A DNA stretch of 64,000 nucleotides from Raillietiella orientalis (Eukaryota). Below the pieces are notes generated by a model. That model was not told the origin of the DNA and searched no databases. It saw only the letters and a program-made list of their open reading frames with translations. The DNA lies in the NCBI GenBank assembly GCA_036172245.1, contig JAYWIR010000004.1:434001-498000 (forward strand). Reading direction: 5' to 3'. This document shows, in pieces, positions 12,600 through 24,600 of the stretch. The position numbers and the translations under genes are program-made. The first letter of the stretch is position 1, and each line of letters begins with the position of its first letter.

Positions 12600-15500
12600 G
12601 GGCGCGAGCACTTGCTGTCGTGAATTCCAAGAGTTCTCGAGCCGAACAGCCACCTATAGGTCTACTGACTTCTGATATGCTGCAACAGACCTCGCACCTA
12701 CCCGACTGGCTAACTGTTGCCACCCTCCCATAGGAAATGCAGCGCTGCAGCTGAGGGGATGTAGATGGCGCGTGACCATTTCCTGGCACTCGGTCGTACC
12801 CACCTCCTGCAGGGGTACTTTTCCAAAGAGCGGAGAGCTTCTGGACTGGTCTGACAGACCTGTGCCATTCATCTACAGACTTCTGCTGCCACTCATTGTA
12901 ATTCGGCACCAGGTGGAGGATCTACGTATGTTTTCTCAGCAGGGAGACCAAGTCCTTTATGGGAAATCCAATACCAACAGCTTGTAGCGGTTTCGGGTGA
13001 CGGAAGATGCTATTCTCTCGCAGCTGACCACGCACCCAAGAATTTTGCGTGAGGGAAGGCACCACTGATGGCGCAGCAACGAGGAACTGCGAAAGTGGAC
13101 CCACACTTCTAGTTTCTCTAGCGTCTACATACCGAGTCCAGCATTGCGAAGGTGGAGCCAATGAGTCTTTGAGACGCACTCGAGACGTGACTGCGCCCAA
13201 CAGGCATTTTCGGTGGACGTGTCCTTTCTTTCGCCTCATAAGGTAGAGGTCAAGTAGAAAGCAGGTGTTTAGAAGCGGTGCTGCAAAAGTGTTTCAAGCT
13301 GTTACGCGTTCCGACACGAAAATCTTGTGCCTAGGAACAGTCTAACACCTTCTACGCGTTCTGAAGGCTACCATACGACGCATCTGCAACGCACAAATAT
13401 CACATTGGTACACCAGGACACGGAGCAAAATGTGAAACCTACGAGAATTCCTGTGCAGATTTAATCTGGCTACCCTGCCCCACCATCACGCTGCAGTGGG
13501 AATGACCATCGACTTGGTTCTGTTCACGCTCATGCCTGCTCCCCGGCATATCAGCTCGGGGTACAACGCTGCCTAGGTGGACAGGAGAGGCAGGTCGTCC
13601 GCGTAAGCCGATAGGCTAAAGTTTTCCCAAACCCGTTCAGTACGAACCCGAAGCAAGCACTGACGAACAAGGATGCCAGTACATGTGATGGCCGCTGAAA
13701 CAACTGTTGATAAATGCATCACGCCGCACGGAGCGTGGGTAAACAGCAGTGTGGTTGGGAATCCAAGACGGGACAGGGGAACGGTTCCCAATTGAAAGCA
13801 AGTCGAAAAGTCTTTGCAAGGTCGAGTGCCACTGTCAAGGTCCCCAACTCTTCCTGGTATTCGTTGCCGCCCTTGTTTGAGCCGGGCCGGTCATTTGAAG
13901 GCCGTCGAGCGCGACGCGATGCTACGTTCCAAACGAGGTCCGTGTGCGGAACAGGAGCAAGTCCGTTCCTGGAAGATCACGGAGTCAGTCATACGCCTCC
14001 GTCGCGCCGCCCCACTTTGGAAAGCAGCTCGGACGCCGATTTGCTTCACGACGGTGGTCGGACGCCGAACGCTCAGGCTGTGCAAATCTCCTCCCTTTGG
14101 GAGAAGAGGAACCCTCGCTGGTAGGAGGATACAGGCGTGTCTTCCGCTTCCCTGCTCAGCTCCATCAGCTGCTGCCGGATCAGTCAGGTGACTCGGTTTC
14201 ACAGAGAAGCGCTGGTAAAGCTCTTCTGCCGCCTAGCAGAAGAGCAAACCCTGGAAGCCCTTTCCCTGGACTCCAGGGGACTGGAGCTTTGCAATGGTTT
14301 CCAGGATTTCAGCCATCGTGAAAGGCTCTTCACGGGTCGCGGGTTGCATCTGCAAGGTGAGGACGTCATCTGGGCGCAGTTGCTGTGCGAAGTCTCTCTC
14401 TGCAGTTTCATGTCCATACAAGGAAAAGTAGAAGGTTCTCGTGCAACGGCGGATCTCAGCCAGAACGTATAGCTCGTGACCTCTTCCGGAGGATGGTGCT
14501 CCTGGACTGCCACGTTTGCCTCTCGGCCTTGGGTCGGTATTCCACCAGCCGACGGTGCCCTTCTCCGGAAGAGGGGAAGCGCCTGAAAGAAGGCGCTGCT
14601 GTCGCGCATTTCTCCCTGCAGCCTGCAGGCAGCTCGTAAATGCGAAAGTGTAAACAACGGAACTCCCTGATGACATTCTGGAAGCTTCGGTTCCCAAACC
14701 GGAGCTCGAGGATCACCAGGCCACGGTAGAAACTACGGAGGGTCTTCTTCGCTTCCGATTGGCTTAGCGAGTCTCCTCATGGCTGCCAGATGTTCATCGG
14801 AGGCCCCTTCCCAGGAGGTTCCCAGCTCCAGCTCGATCCTGGGACGACCGGACAACATTGACCTTTGGCCCTCCTTGCATCCGACGGGTAGTCGTCCAAA
14901 AAGACGTGGTCAGTGAAGTTCTCCATCACCAGCTCGCGAGGCGTCTAGTTGGTTGCGCTCGCGGATGCGCACAACCCTTTGACCTGAGCCCGATAGCAAG
15001 TGGATATCAAAGCTGCCCACAATCAGATGCTCGACCTCCGGGACAGAGACGACCTCTAGGCCAGAGTGTGTTGATGAATCGATGGTGCTCCGTTTACTCT
15101 CAAGAGCCTCTCAGCTCGTAAGCATTCGATACGGTCCTGTTGATCGACTTGGACCACTTGATGAGAAGCTGTTCCTCCCCCACTCCACCCACCCGAGCTC
15201 CCCTATCGAGGCGAATGTCCACGACCTTGCTTGGGATCACGGATTTCACCAAGAATGCACCTTCGCAGTTATTGACTGAGGCAGGTCGGCGAGGGGTGTT
15301 CACGGAGTTAAGTTGAATACCGTTTCCTGAAGTAGGTAAGGTAGCTACCTACTTCAGGTGGCTGTGATGAATGGGATTTGAAACCGCAGCCCCCGTTCTC
15401 GCGGCGCGTGGTTTTTGCCACTGCGCCAAGTCTGCTTGCGGTAGCGTCGAGCTTGTCTGAAGGCTAAAAGATTAGTGGCTGTCTTCAGGAAAGTCGGCCA

Positions 15501-17000
15501 TGAAGTTCTAATCTCGGTTGTTTGGAGAAGAATGCCCTAGATAGTCAGTAGATGAGGCTTTCCAGAGCTTATCTTTCGAGCACCTATGGAGGTGCTGAGG
15601 AGAGTTTCATTATCCGCAGCATCGGTCGCTTCTTCCCCATGATGAAGCAGCACTCTCTTATTTCTTCCTCGGATACAGGTCATATGCGGTGGAGTGATGG
15701 AAGAAAGAATAGGTAGTTGGGACTACTGGAGAAACGAGTAATGGCGTCATTGCAACGGGCTCAGTACTGCTTGCTACTCCTTTTCGCCCAGCATCAGCAG
15801 CATGTTTACACTGCAGAATGTACCTTTGCGCATCTCCGTGCACAGGTCGTCTTCGTTTTGGCTTTCTTACGCTCCCGACCGCTTCTTTAGAATCACGCTT
15901 GAATTCCCATCCCATATTCCATCTTATTCTATGTATCGTCTTCCAGTCTTTGCCCCTCGCACCCTTCCTCCAGTTTAGCAAAGGAGCTGGTGTTCCATCC
16001 CATGCACACAGACGTCCATTTGCTCGGGGGGAAGCGCGAAGCGCGTATGATAGGGACAAATGAAGATCTCGAAAAGATACGGCTTATGAAGAAAACAAGC
16101 TGAAGATGGCTTCTAGAGATGCAGCTTTGGATAAGTACATGAGGAATAAAATCATCTTTATCCTGCGCACGACGCGGAAGCGTGGCTCCCTCTCACCGCA
16201 GAGCACACAGTCCGAGGGAAGGTCGCCACTCCTGCGTCTCGGACAGTGTCGTGTGGTCAGCCCGGTGGTAAACGGAGAGCATTCGACATTCGATAACAAT
16301 CGATTTTTTTATTTAGCCATTGCAATGCAGCTCGAATAGAATATTCCATAGACATGGTAGACTTATAGAACGAGTGAGAGGGCTACCTAGGTGCTGATGA
16401 CCTCTAACCAGCACATTCCGGGGTAGAGTCCAAGCTTTGACCAGATCTGGGGTACTCATGAGTGAAGGAGGAGAGCACACCAGGGAGGGAATGGCGCGTT
16501 CTCGAACGTCTGAGGACACGTGTCCATAGAAGCTCAAGGTGAGAGACCGTCCGGACGAAGCCGTCCGGGAGGCACGAGGTCCCGAGCAATGCGAGTATTC
16601 CTGATGCCCCGTCGTCGGTTGCATTCCCCGTCGAAGCATTTTGTAAACACAGAATGGGAATGCAAATCTGCAAGTGTCTCCTGGTCGGCAATCATTGCAT
16701 CTGCTCTCGAGTGTCCTTGGAGTTCGTTCTGATGCGTGGTTCGAAACGGGGAGGACCCAGCCGCGCAGTTCGCCGTTACGCGGAAGTAAAAAGGCCAGGA
16801 TTCCCTGGAAGGGCTCCGGAAGAAAGCAAAAAAAGAGTTCGTGGTCACTTCTCGCCTGCGCCGGGATGCATGAGCGCATCTCTTGCGCGAGGACCAAGAA
16901 AATGAAAAGATCACAGAGCGCAAGGTGCGGAGCCTCCAAAGTCCGCCTTGCCTTGCTGCTATTTCGACTTTCGTTTCGAAAGGACACGAGAAGTCTACCC
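12600..17000 (-). mobile_element. Near full-length degenerate Tx1/L1-like LINE (ORF1 zinc knuckle relic + APE-RT ORF2)
   Basis: Intact SAYADD (YADD at 13594-13605); ALDLAKTF (13806-13829); VPLLPKGGDLHSLSVRRPTTVV (cf. LLPKKGDL..L.NWRPITLL); FSLY...EEPFTMAEILETIAKLQSPG; APE-like TVSNAY near 15120; ORF1-like DCVLCGE near 16200. Many frameshifts. Confidence 0.75.
15326..15358. repeat. Perfect 13-bp inverted repeat with 7-nt loop
   Basis: CCTGAAGTAGGTA - AGGTAGC - TACCTACTTCAGG. Confidence 0.9.
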
Positions 17001-18418
17001 CCGCCCCACGGACCTGCTCTGCCATGCACTCCACTCCGGCAAGCCACCACCCTGCCGAACGCTATAGTTGGAGGGGGAGCCCAAGGGAGTCAAGTCTAGG
17101 AGCCCAGCCTTTCGACAAAGGAGGAGGAGCGCGCTGCGCCTCTGCGCGCGTCCGCCCCAGCCTTTTGTGAGCCGCTCCCCAACGAGATCGGAATAGTTTA
17201 TTGCCTGACACGTCCTCCCGAGCCCTAAATAAATCAATGTACCAACATCCCAAGCCATCCACCCCTCCCTTTGAATCGGGCGGCATTGTTATCACTGCCA
17301 ATCAATACACTTTCGGCCACTGCCACAGCTCTCTCACGCTGACGGGCACTCTGCCTGTTCATCTCGCACGCCTTTCTGGAGGACGCTCCTCGTCGAATCG
17401 GGATCGCCCCGAGTTTGTTTCTTGGCTTCCTTCATTCCTAATTTTTTTCCCCCTTTTTTTTTTTTTTTGTTCATTTGCATTTTCTCATTTTTTTTTTCTT
17501 TTCTCGGAAACCAAAGTGTCAGAGACAACATTTACTTCGTTTTGTCAGCGACCCTTTCTTCGGGTCAGGGTGTCCAGCATGGGAATGGAATTTCCCCATC
17601 TCCTCTGAATGCCCGATTTCCGTTTCATCCGGATTCCAATCGATTATTCTCCTTTTCAGCGCATCACGACAACGAAGAATCAGCCGCCCAGAAAGAATTT
17701 TCGCAAGTTCCTCCAGCACTGCTCGAAAGCTACAAAGGCAGGTGCCCCTAACTCCTCCCTCTTCGACGAATCGATCTTTTAAAACACTCAGCCTATCAGC
17801 AACCAGTGATCAAGCGCTTCCTGGATCCCAGTTCTTCAAAGCCTTCTTCAGCAAACATCGTCTTCACTTTCTCCAACAAAAGTCTCATTCTGGAACCTTG
17901 CAGAAGCGCACTCTGGGTTTCGCTCTTTTTGAGGAAGGTTTGTAGCTCTGCAGTCTTTAGTCTGGGGCAGGGTTCGGCGGTGTCTGTTTATCACCCGTCG
18001 TTCCTCCAGCCTGCAACAGTTCCCAAGAGCCCCCAAGACCATCATCGCGCGCCCCGAGCTCGGCTCTTCCCGCGTGCGGCCTCCTGCGTGTTTCCACGTT
18101 TGGCGCTTCTGCGTGCTTCCACGAGCACGGACCAGCCAGACTTCTGGAGCAGCGGCACCTTCGCACCGCAGGGCTGCGTTCCCCGAACCGAAATTCGCCG
18201 ACTCGGTTTGGGCTTCGTGCGCCGAGTTCCTGCTTCCCGAACCAGTCGTTCACGAAAAGCAGGAACGAAAACGAAATCCCCTTAGGTGAAGGTGCGAAAG
18301 CCGGCGGACGTTTCCAAGCGCAACGGCGCGCTTGCCATTAGCAGTGGCACGAGAATATGTTTTCTGGGTTCCGGTCCTGCGACCCCATTCCACTCCGCAA
18401 CGATATTCGTTCAGCAGC

Positions 18419-20570
18419 TTCAAGCTGATGCACAACTCGTTCGTACCCGTTCGTCTTCCTCCTTGATGTCAACCATTGCATCATCATCGTCATCTGTTGG
18501 ATTTCGAATTCTCCAGCCACGAAGGACACTCAGGTGTGCGTTCACGTCGCTGTCGTTGCCGTCGCTACGGCCGCAAAGGTTCTGTGCAGCAGAGGACCGG
18601 TTTACATTCTCACAAATTCATGCGTCCACTCTTTTTGGGGAATCAGCACGCAGCAGGTCCCAACTTTTCCAACTCCGTCTCGTCTTCTCCTCTCAACTCC
18701 GTTCCTTAAGAGGAGAAGCCTAGGGATATTTTCAAAACGCAGTTTCCAGAAGAAGAAAAAACAGATAACGTGGCTGCAAGTGTTAACATGTGACGATGTG
18801 AGGCCACTATAGTTGTGCGTGTGTTGACACTGATGTATGATTTCAATTACCTTTTCGGCTGACAATTCTTGCAAATGCAGACATTTCCCACGGTGAGGTA
18901 CACCGTAAAGACTTTTAACCGCTAATGGCTTTTAAGTCTTGCTGTCGTGAACGCAACCAGATACCGAAATCGCAGCACCAAAAGTTAATCCTAATATGCA
19001 TCGGTCGACTTGTAAAAAATGATCCACAGATACCGTATAGGACCAGCAGTCAAAACATGCAACGCAACAGTATTTCAGAAAGAGCTCTATTTTTAAAGCA
19101 GGACACGAAATCCTCAAATGCAGCCTCAAACCTTATGCCGAGAGTCAAACTCCTCCATAACAGGCTCTCATTAAACAGAAAGTTAGCGTGAACAGCCAGG
19201 AGACATTGAGCATTTACAGCGATTTAAGAAATCACATTCCATGCGTTGTAAGTCCTTCCTAACTTTGTGTTCTGTTTACGGACCAGACTCATCATGCCCA
19301 TTTTCTGCCAGACTCCCGTTAAGGACATTCTCCTTCTTTTCTAAACGTCTATTTGAACTCCTGGGAGCAGTTGCAAAGTTCCCAACGTACCACTAAATAG
19401 CCCTCAATTAAAATGCCGCTACTAGCTAATATACGCCATCCATGCTTGATGGAGTTTTTACCACTTGGATTTCATCGGTCATGTTTGTTATCCATGCAGT
19501 GGTTCCGTATATGTGATGAGGTGGTCAAATGCATTTTGAATTTTCCGAGTACAATCGAGAATCGAATTCAGTTTGCTAAAGAAAGTGAAGCAGCAATCAG
19601 CACATACAACTAATAAACGTGCTCAGGGGAAAATTTTTTCCAGGGCATTTGCTCAAGATGCATTCTAACACTTGCATTCGAATGGCGATTCATAAATGAG
19701 CAACAGTCACAAATCGAAAAGCAGTATCTTTTCAAAAATCAGAGTACAATTGCCATTATGTGTGTACTTTCAGGTCCATGTTGTGTATAAACTGTCAGCT
19801 ATGAGTTACAAGACTATTGAATGACTCGAGTTTTGGAGATGCATACAAACGGAGACTTTCTTTCTGATTATCAATTTGCTTTCTTTTGAGAATTCATTAT
19901 ACACTCAATTTTGAATATCATTTGAAGTCGATAAATTATTTATCCAAACAGAGGATTTCCCTGAAACGCAGAGTTCATATTGCTGATTGAGTACGCAATA
20001 TGAAAAATATACGCAATGGCTTTATTTGGATGAAATTTTTGACCAAAAAGGGAATTTAGAATTGATATTGAATATCCAAAATTGATGTCTTCAATATACT
20101 TTCTATAAATGCTATTCTCTATAAAACTCATAAACATTGTATTCTTACATTTACTTCGTAGAAAGCATCATTTTTTCTAGCAGCGAATGCTGTTTTCTGT
20201 ACAGTTTCTACAAAGTAAATGCAACGTTCTTGTTTGTTTCTCGAGGAATAATATCAATTGGCAATACATGAAGAGTCACTCCATGCATTTTAATTCCATT
20301 GAATATTCATGTACCTAAAAGATTTGGATAACACTTTGCAGTTCAGAATCAAAAAAGGCATACCAGCAATGCCAAAATAACGGATAACACCAGCATACTT
20401 AAGAAATGATCAATTTATTCATTCATACAATATTTCCATTTCTTCTTCTTTTTCAATAAAGTATATAAATCCATAAATGTGTGGAAACTGATTCCTGACT
20501 TGCTGGTGGGTAAATCATTAGTAATGTCAAATTCTGTTCTCTTGGCCATCACCAGTCACTGAATTTTAAT
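18419..20570 (-). pseudogene. Decayed intron-containing tyrosine-kinase gene with two tandem kinase-like domains (JAK/hopscotch-like)
   Basis: Minus-strand motif relics occur in kinase order, with stops and frameshifts. Domain 1: WPREQNLTLL (from 20548), YAGVIRYFGI, YSMELKC, TLHLL...NSIRC*K (another frame reads AFAARK, 20173-20190), DINFGYS (20069-20089), STSNDIQN*V, KSPF, DCC...HLEQM (ends 19646). Domain 2: VGNFA, RKDLQRMECDFL, VMEEF, CDFA...KCLHLQELSAEK, PECPSWL (18514-18534), VVHQLE. Candidate GT-AG introns of 42-52 nt separate the motifs. Confidence 0.5.
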
Positions 20571-21399
20571 CTGAAGAAAAAAGAAAACACTGCAATTAAA
20601 CAAGGGAATTCTCATAATTATTAATTCAAAAGAAGAATATTTTTAGGAGGAAATACTTATCACGAAAGGTGTTTCGATTCTGTGCTTCCTTGTAGCAGAT
20701 GGAAAAAAAAAAAAAAAATCACGCAGAGGACATTGGAAATAGGGAAGCACAACTAAGGAATTTGATTTGTAGTAACCCTATAGCGATTAATCTGGAATGA
20801 AATAACGCTTGAAATGGATGTCCCAATTTTGAAATGATGATAAACTATAATTAATATTAAGAGAAAACCAGAATTCATTGCATTCTCATAATTACAGGAT
20901 AGTTAAATCATAGGTAATGTTATGTTACGTTTCTTAGGAAATTCATAAGATATCTCAAGCAATTGTTCTTTGAATTATATTCAATAAGCATTTAAAGATA
21001 AACTGTAATGAGATTTCGTGATGAGAGACGCCGGATTGAACAAGCATCTGGAAATGGACAACAAAATCTCTTAGCTCAAATCCCTAGCAGAAACTATAGC
21101 AGCCCCCTTTCAGTACCTTTTCTTTCAGCCTTCTTTCAGCTTTTCGGTAACTATCATAAAAATATCATACATGTGTTTGTCATTTTACAAGACTATATAA
21201 GCTAAATCAAAACATATGATTCCTTTGACCTGGTTTTAAGCCTGTCTGTATTTAATTCCATTTTTATAAAGTACAAGGAAAGCAATTATTAAGGTAAGAA
21301 ATCGATGACCATGCTGAATGTTATTTCGAGAACACATAGTTTCTTTACATATTTTGATAGAGATATAATGAGCATTGTTAATGTTTTGGAGGGTCATTG

Positions 21400-21643
21400 G
21401 AATTTTCAACTTCGAAAAATGTTGGGAAACATGGTTTTAAAATCACGTGATCAATAGATCGCCAATGATTTTTTTGATCTGTTCGTTTCGGGTTTATCCG
21501 CCATGTTGGGTTAGTATTTTGTAATTTGTTGCTATTGCAATTATATTTTTTTTTCCGTTTTGGAAGCTTAATGCACAATACGAATATGAAATCGTTATTT
21601 CTTTGAGCGTATGTATTCATGACTTGGAAGTCATGGGTAAACC
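21400..21643 (+). promoter_or_regulatory. Probable MED13 promoter / 5' UTR
   Basis: CpG is locally more frequent than in the downstream intron. Palindromic E-box ATCACGTGAT at 21442-21451. CCGCCATGTT at 21498-21507 matches the YY1/Pho consensus CCGCCATNTT. The TSS cannot be determined from sequence. Confidence 0.45.
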
Positions 21644-24600
21644 ATGACGAATCCGAATTTTCAGACGAATGGTGCCAGTTTAGAAGATTGTCATACAAAT
21701 TTTTTTGCATTAGTAAGTAGTTTTGTACCCTTATTTTTTTTCAGATTTATGATGCAGTAGTTAAAGTTGCTTGATTTTAGAGCGGTCAGGTAAATTTCAT
21801 GCAATATGGATGTATTTGCGTATTCATAATCTCGTGTGGCGTACTTTCTTACCTGTAAAGTATTTTCACAAATTGAAATTTGTTTGTAGTCCATCTGCAT
21901 TTTCAATAACGTGCTGTTGCAGTTTCCAAGCATATCCTATTTGTAATTTAGCCTACTGATTAAATTTACAAAACGTATCGCAAATATTTATTTAGTACAA
22001 ATGCTATAAACTAAATCCATATTTTAAATATTTTTGCGAGCAATTTATTGATTACGATTATTGGAAAGTATTGATTCTTGCTGCTGGAATAAAATTGCCA
22101 TGAGAGTTGAATGAAAATTCTTTCAATCTTTGCGCTCATAATTTTGTAGAATATCTTAATTGTTATCATTAAAAATAGCATACGTATAGTATGTTGTATT
22201 ACAAAATGCTACAATGATCAAGAGTTCATTTTTCGGTGCTAGAAGTTCTGGAGTCTAGATTGCTCTCGTTAAATATTTCAGGTGAAATTCATGGTAAATT
22301 ACTTGTTTTACATATTTCTGGAAAACTACGCACTTTGTTTTTAAGCATTAGTCTATCTAATTCCGATGAGTTTTATATTTATTTGAAAACAAATAAAGCA
22401 GAGCAATTATGATTCTTTAATTGAACTGTGAATAAATTATACGTTTTAAGATCTTCCTGCTTAGAATAATGTTGAAATTGTACTGTATTCTTTATAATTA
22501 TTATATTTACTCAGCTACTTCTTACATAGTTCTGATTTGTGGAAGTCGTGTTTTTTATGTCTAAAACCTTCAGACATTTAGTAGAGTTGATACTTTTAAG
22601 TATGATTTATACTTTTAAGCATCACTCATACGTAGTTTACGAAGTCCAAGTAAATATTTTATAATATATATCTGAAGCTATCATAGCAAATTATGTTTAT
22701 ACGAAATTGCTATATATTGCTATACACACACACACACACACATTCTTTATATTATTCTTTATATTCTTATAAATTCTTTATATTACTTATAAAAATATGA
22801 AACACATCAAAAGTATCTCTGGATGGCACTTAATTTTTCACAAGCAGTAATTTGTAAATTATCTTGTTTCATTCTCAGCAATCCCAACAGGATGATACAG
22901 AAACTCAGTTGCAATTAAATGTCTCATTTAAAGTTCCCAATATTTGGCACTTTGATTACATGACATTTACTGAGCCCAAGCATCATTAAATTGCAACTGA
23001 GTTCTGTATCATCCTGTTGGATTGCTGAGAATGAAACAAGATAATTTCGTAATGTTTATATGTTTATATACATGAATTAAAATTGTATCACAATAATAAT
23101 GAAAGCTAATAATGTTGTAAAGCTGATTTTTTAATCTATAAGTACTTCATTTAAATGTGCACAAAGAGTCATAAGATGGTGTGCATATAATACAGTGTTG
23201 ATTACACTTTATAATGCACAGTCTAAAGATAAAAGTTAGTTTGAAATTCGTAATAAAGTATTTTGTAATGATCCTTATTGTATGAAGGCTGTTCTTCAAA
23301 ATGTATGAGTTCTTTTAATTTGCTAAACAAGTGTATTATGCAGCTGCCTAGTCTTGAAGTGTTATTAACCTTCAGGATAAAGCAGAATCAGGTGAATGCA
23401 GAAAATTATTTTATCAGAATGTGTTTGCTGGATTCAGCAGTCGTATTTAGTTTACTATATTTGATGTTTGACTGTCATCAACTGAGTTTGGTGTTAATTT
23501 TGAAAGAAGGATTTTAATTATGTAACTTGTACTTTCAAACAAATGCTTGTTTGTTTGATTTGATTTGATTGATTGTGATTTGATTACATGTTTCTTGTAG
23601 GTATGTTTCTTTATTAAACATTCTTGTTTTATAATTCTCAAAATTTTTGTTTAATGAGCATGAGAGAATGCATATTTTGTTATTGTTCATGTTCATAATA
23701 TGCATTCACGTATGCTGTTTCATGAAGTTACTTTTTGCAACAGCCATCTTGTTGGATTGTCATCTTATAAAGACTTTCCTAAAGTAGTTGTAGTGTAGTG
23801 TTTTGTTAAACTGCAACGATTAAATGTTAGTAATGGGATTGCTGTGGCATTTTAGGGTACAAGGAACATGTCATGTGTTATATCATGTGTTAAAATATAT
23901 CCTTGTTTTAGCACATCTTAATAATAAAGACATTAAGAGAATAATCGCTAAAAAGTAGTTAATAACTACAGGGTATTTGACATCAGTAATGATATTGTTA
24001 AAATCATAAATGTTTTTCTTATTTAGGGTTGATGGTTTTGAAGAATTAATCAATGTAAGAATGAGTTTTAGCACAGAACAGCATAGTTTAGCATCAAAAC
24101 ACCTTCAAAATAATTTAGTGCTTTGATGGGTTCATTGAATGTCATAAATTTAGGTGCAGCTCTGTTGAATTGATTAATGTTCACTGTCAAACAAATTATT
24201 AAAGTCACTTATTTGACATACCTTGTCAACTGATCAATAAACATTTAAATTGATATTGTGTTTTTAGCCGTTTTGTCGTTGACAAGTTATAATTTAATCA
24301 AAAGTTCAAAAATGATTGTAATTGAGCTTGAATTTCTAATCATAGTGAAACTACCAAAAAGTAACCAAAAATTCTATTGTGCTTTCTTCTGGACTGATTA
24401 ATGCCATTCAGTTTTTGTGAAAAGCGGAGTGGCACTAATCAGGTCAGTTTATGTTTATGTAAAATCTGGAAGTAATTGACAAAGGAAAAATGGAAATTAG
24501 CCTTGGTTATTATCAGTTTTTGTGCTTGAGTATTTAAATACAAATGGTTTTTGGTATTAAATACGCTAAAATTGTATGGCAGTCTTTATGAAAATTGAAA

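Noticed and set aside
17519..17800. Minus-strand frame ending KRSKCCL*, resembling a prenylation tail
   Set aside because: No G-box or other family motif upstream, and the frame is closed by stops; not supportable.
19034..19086. In-frame TGA in the spliced second kinase-like domain as possible selenocysteine or readthrough
   Set aside because: The relic has many other stops and frameshifts, and no SECIS was recognised. Decay is the simpler explanation.
19290..19392. WYVGNF as the start of an SH2 domain
   Set aside because: No FLVRES-like motif follows, and the downstream relics fit a second kinase domain better.
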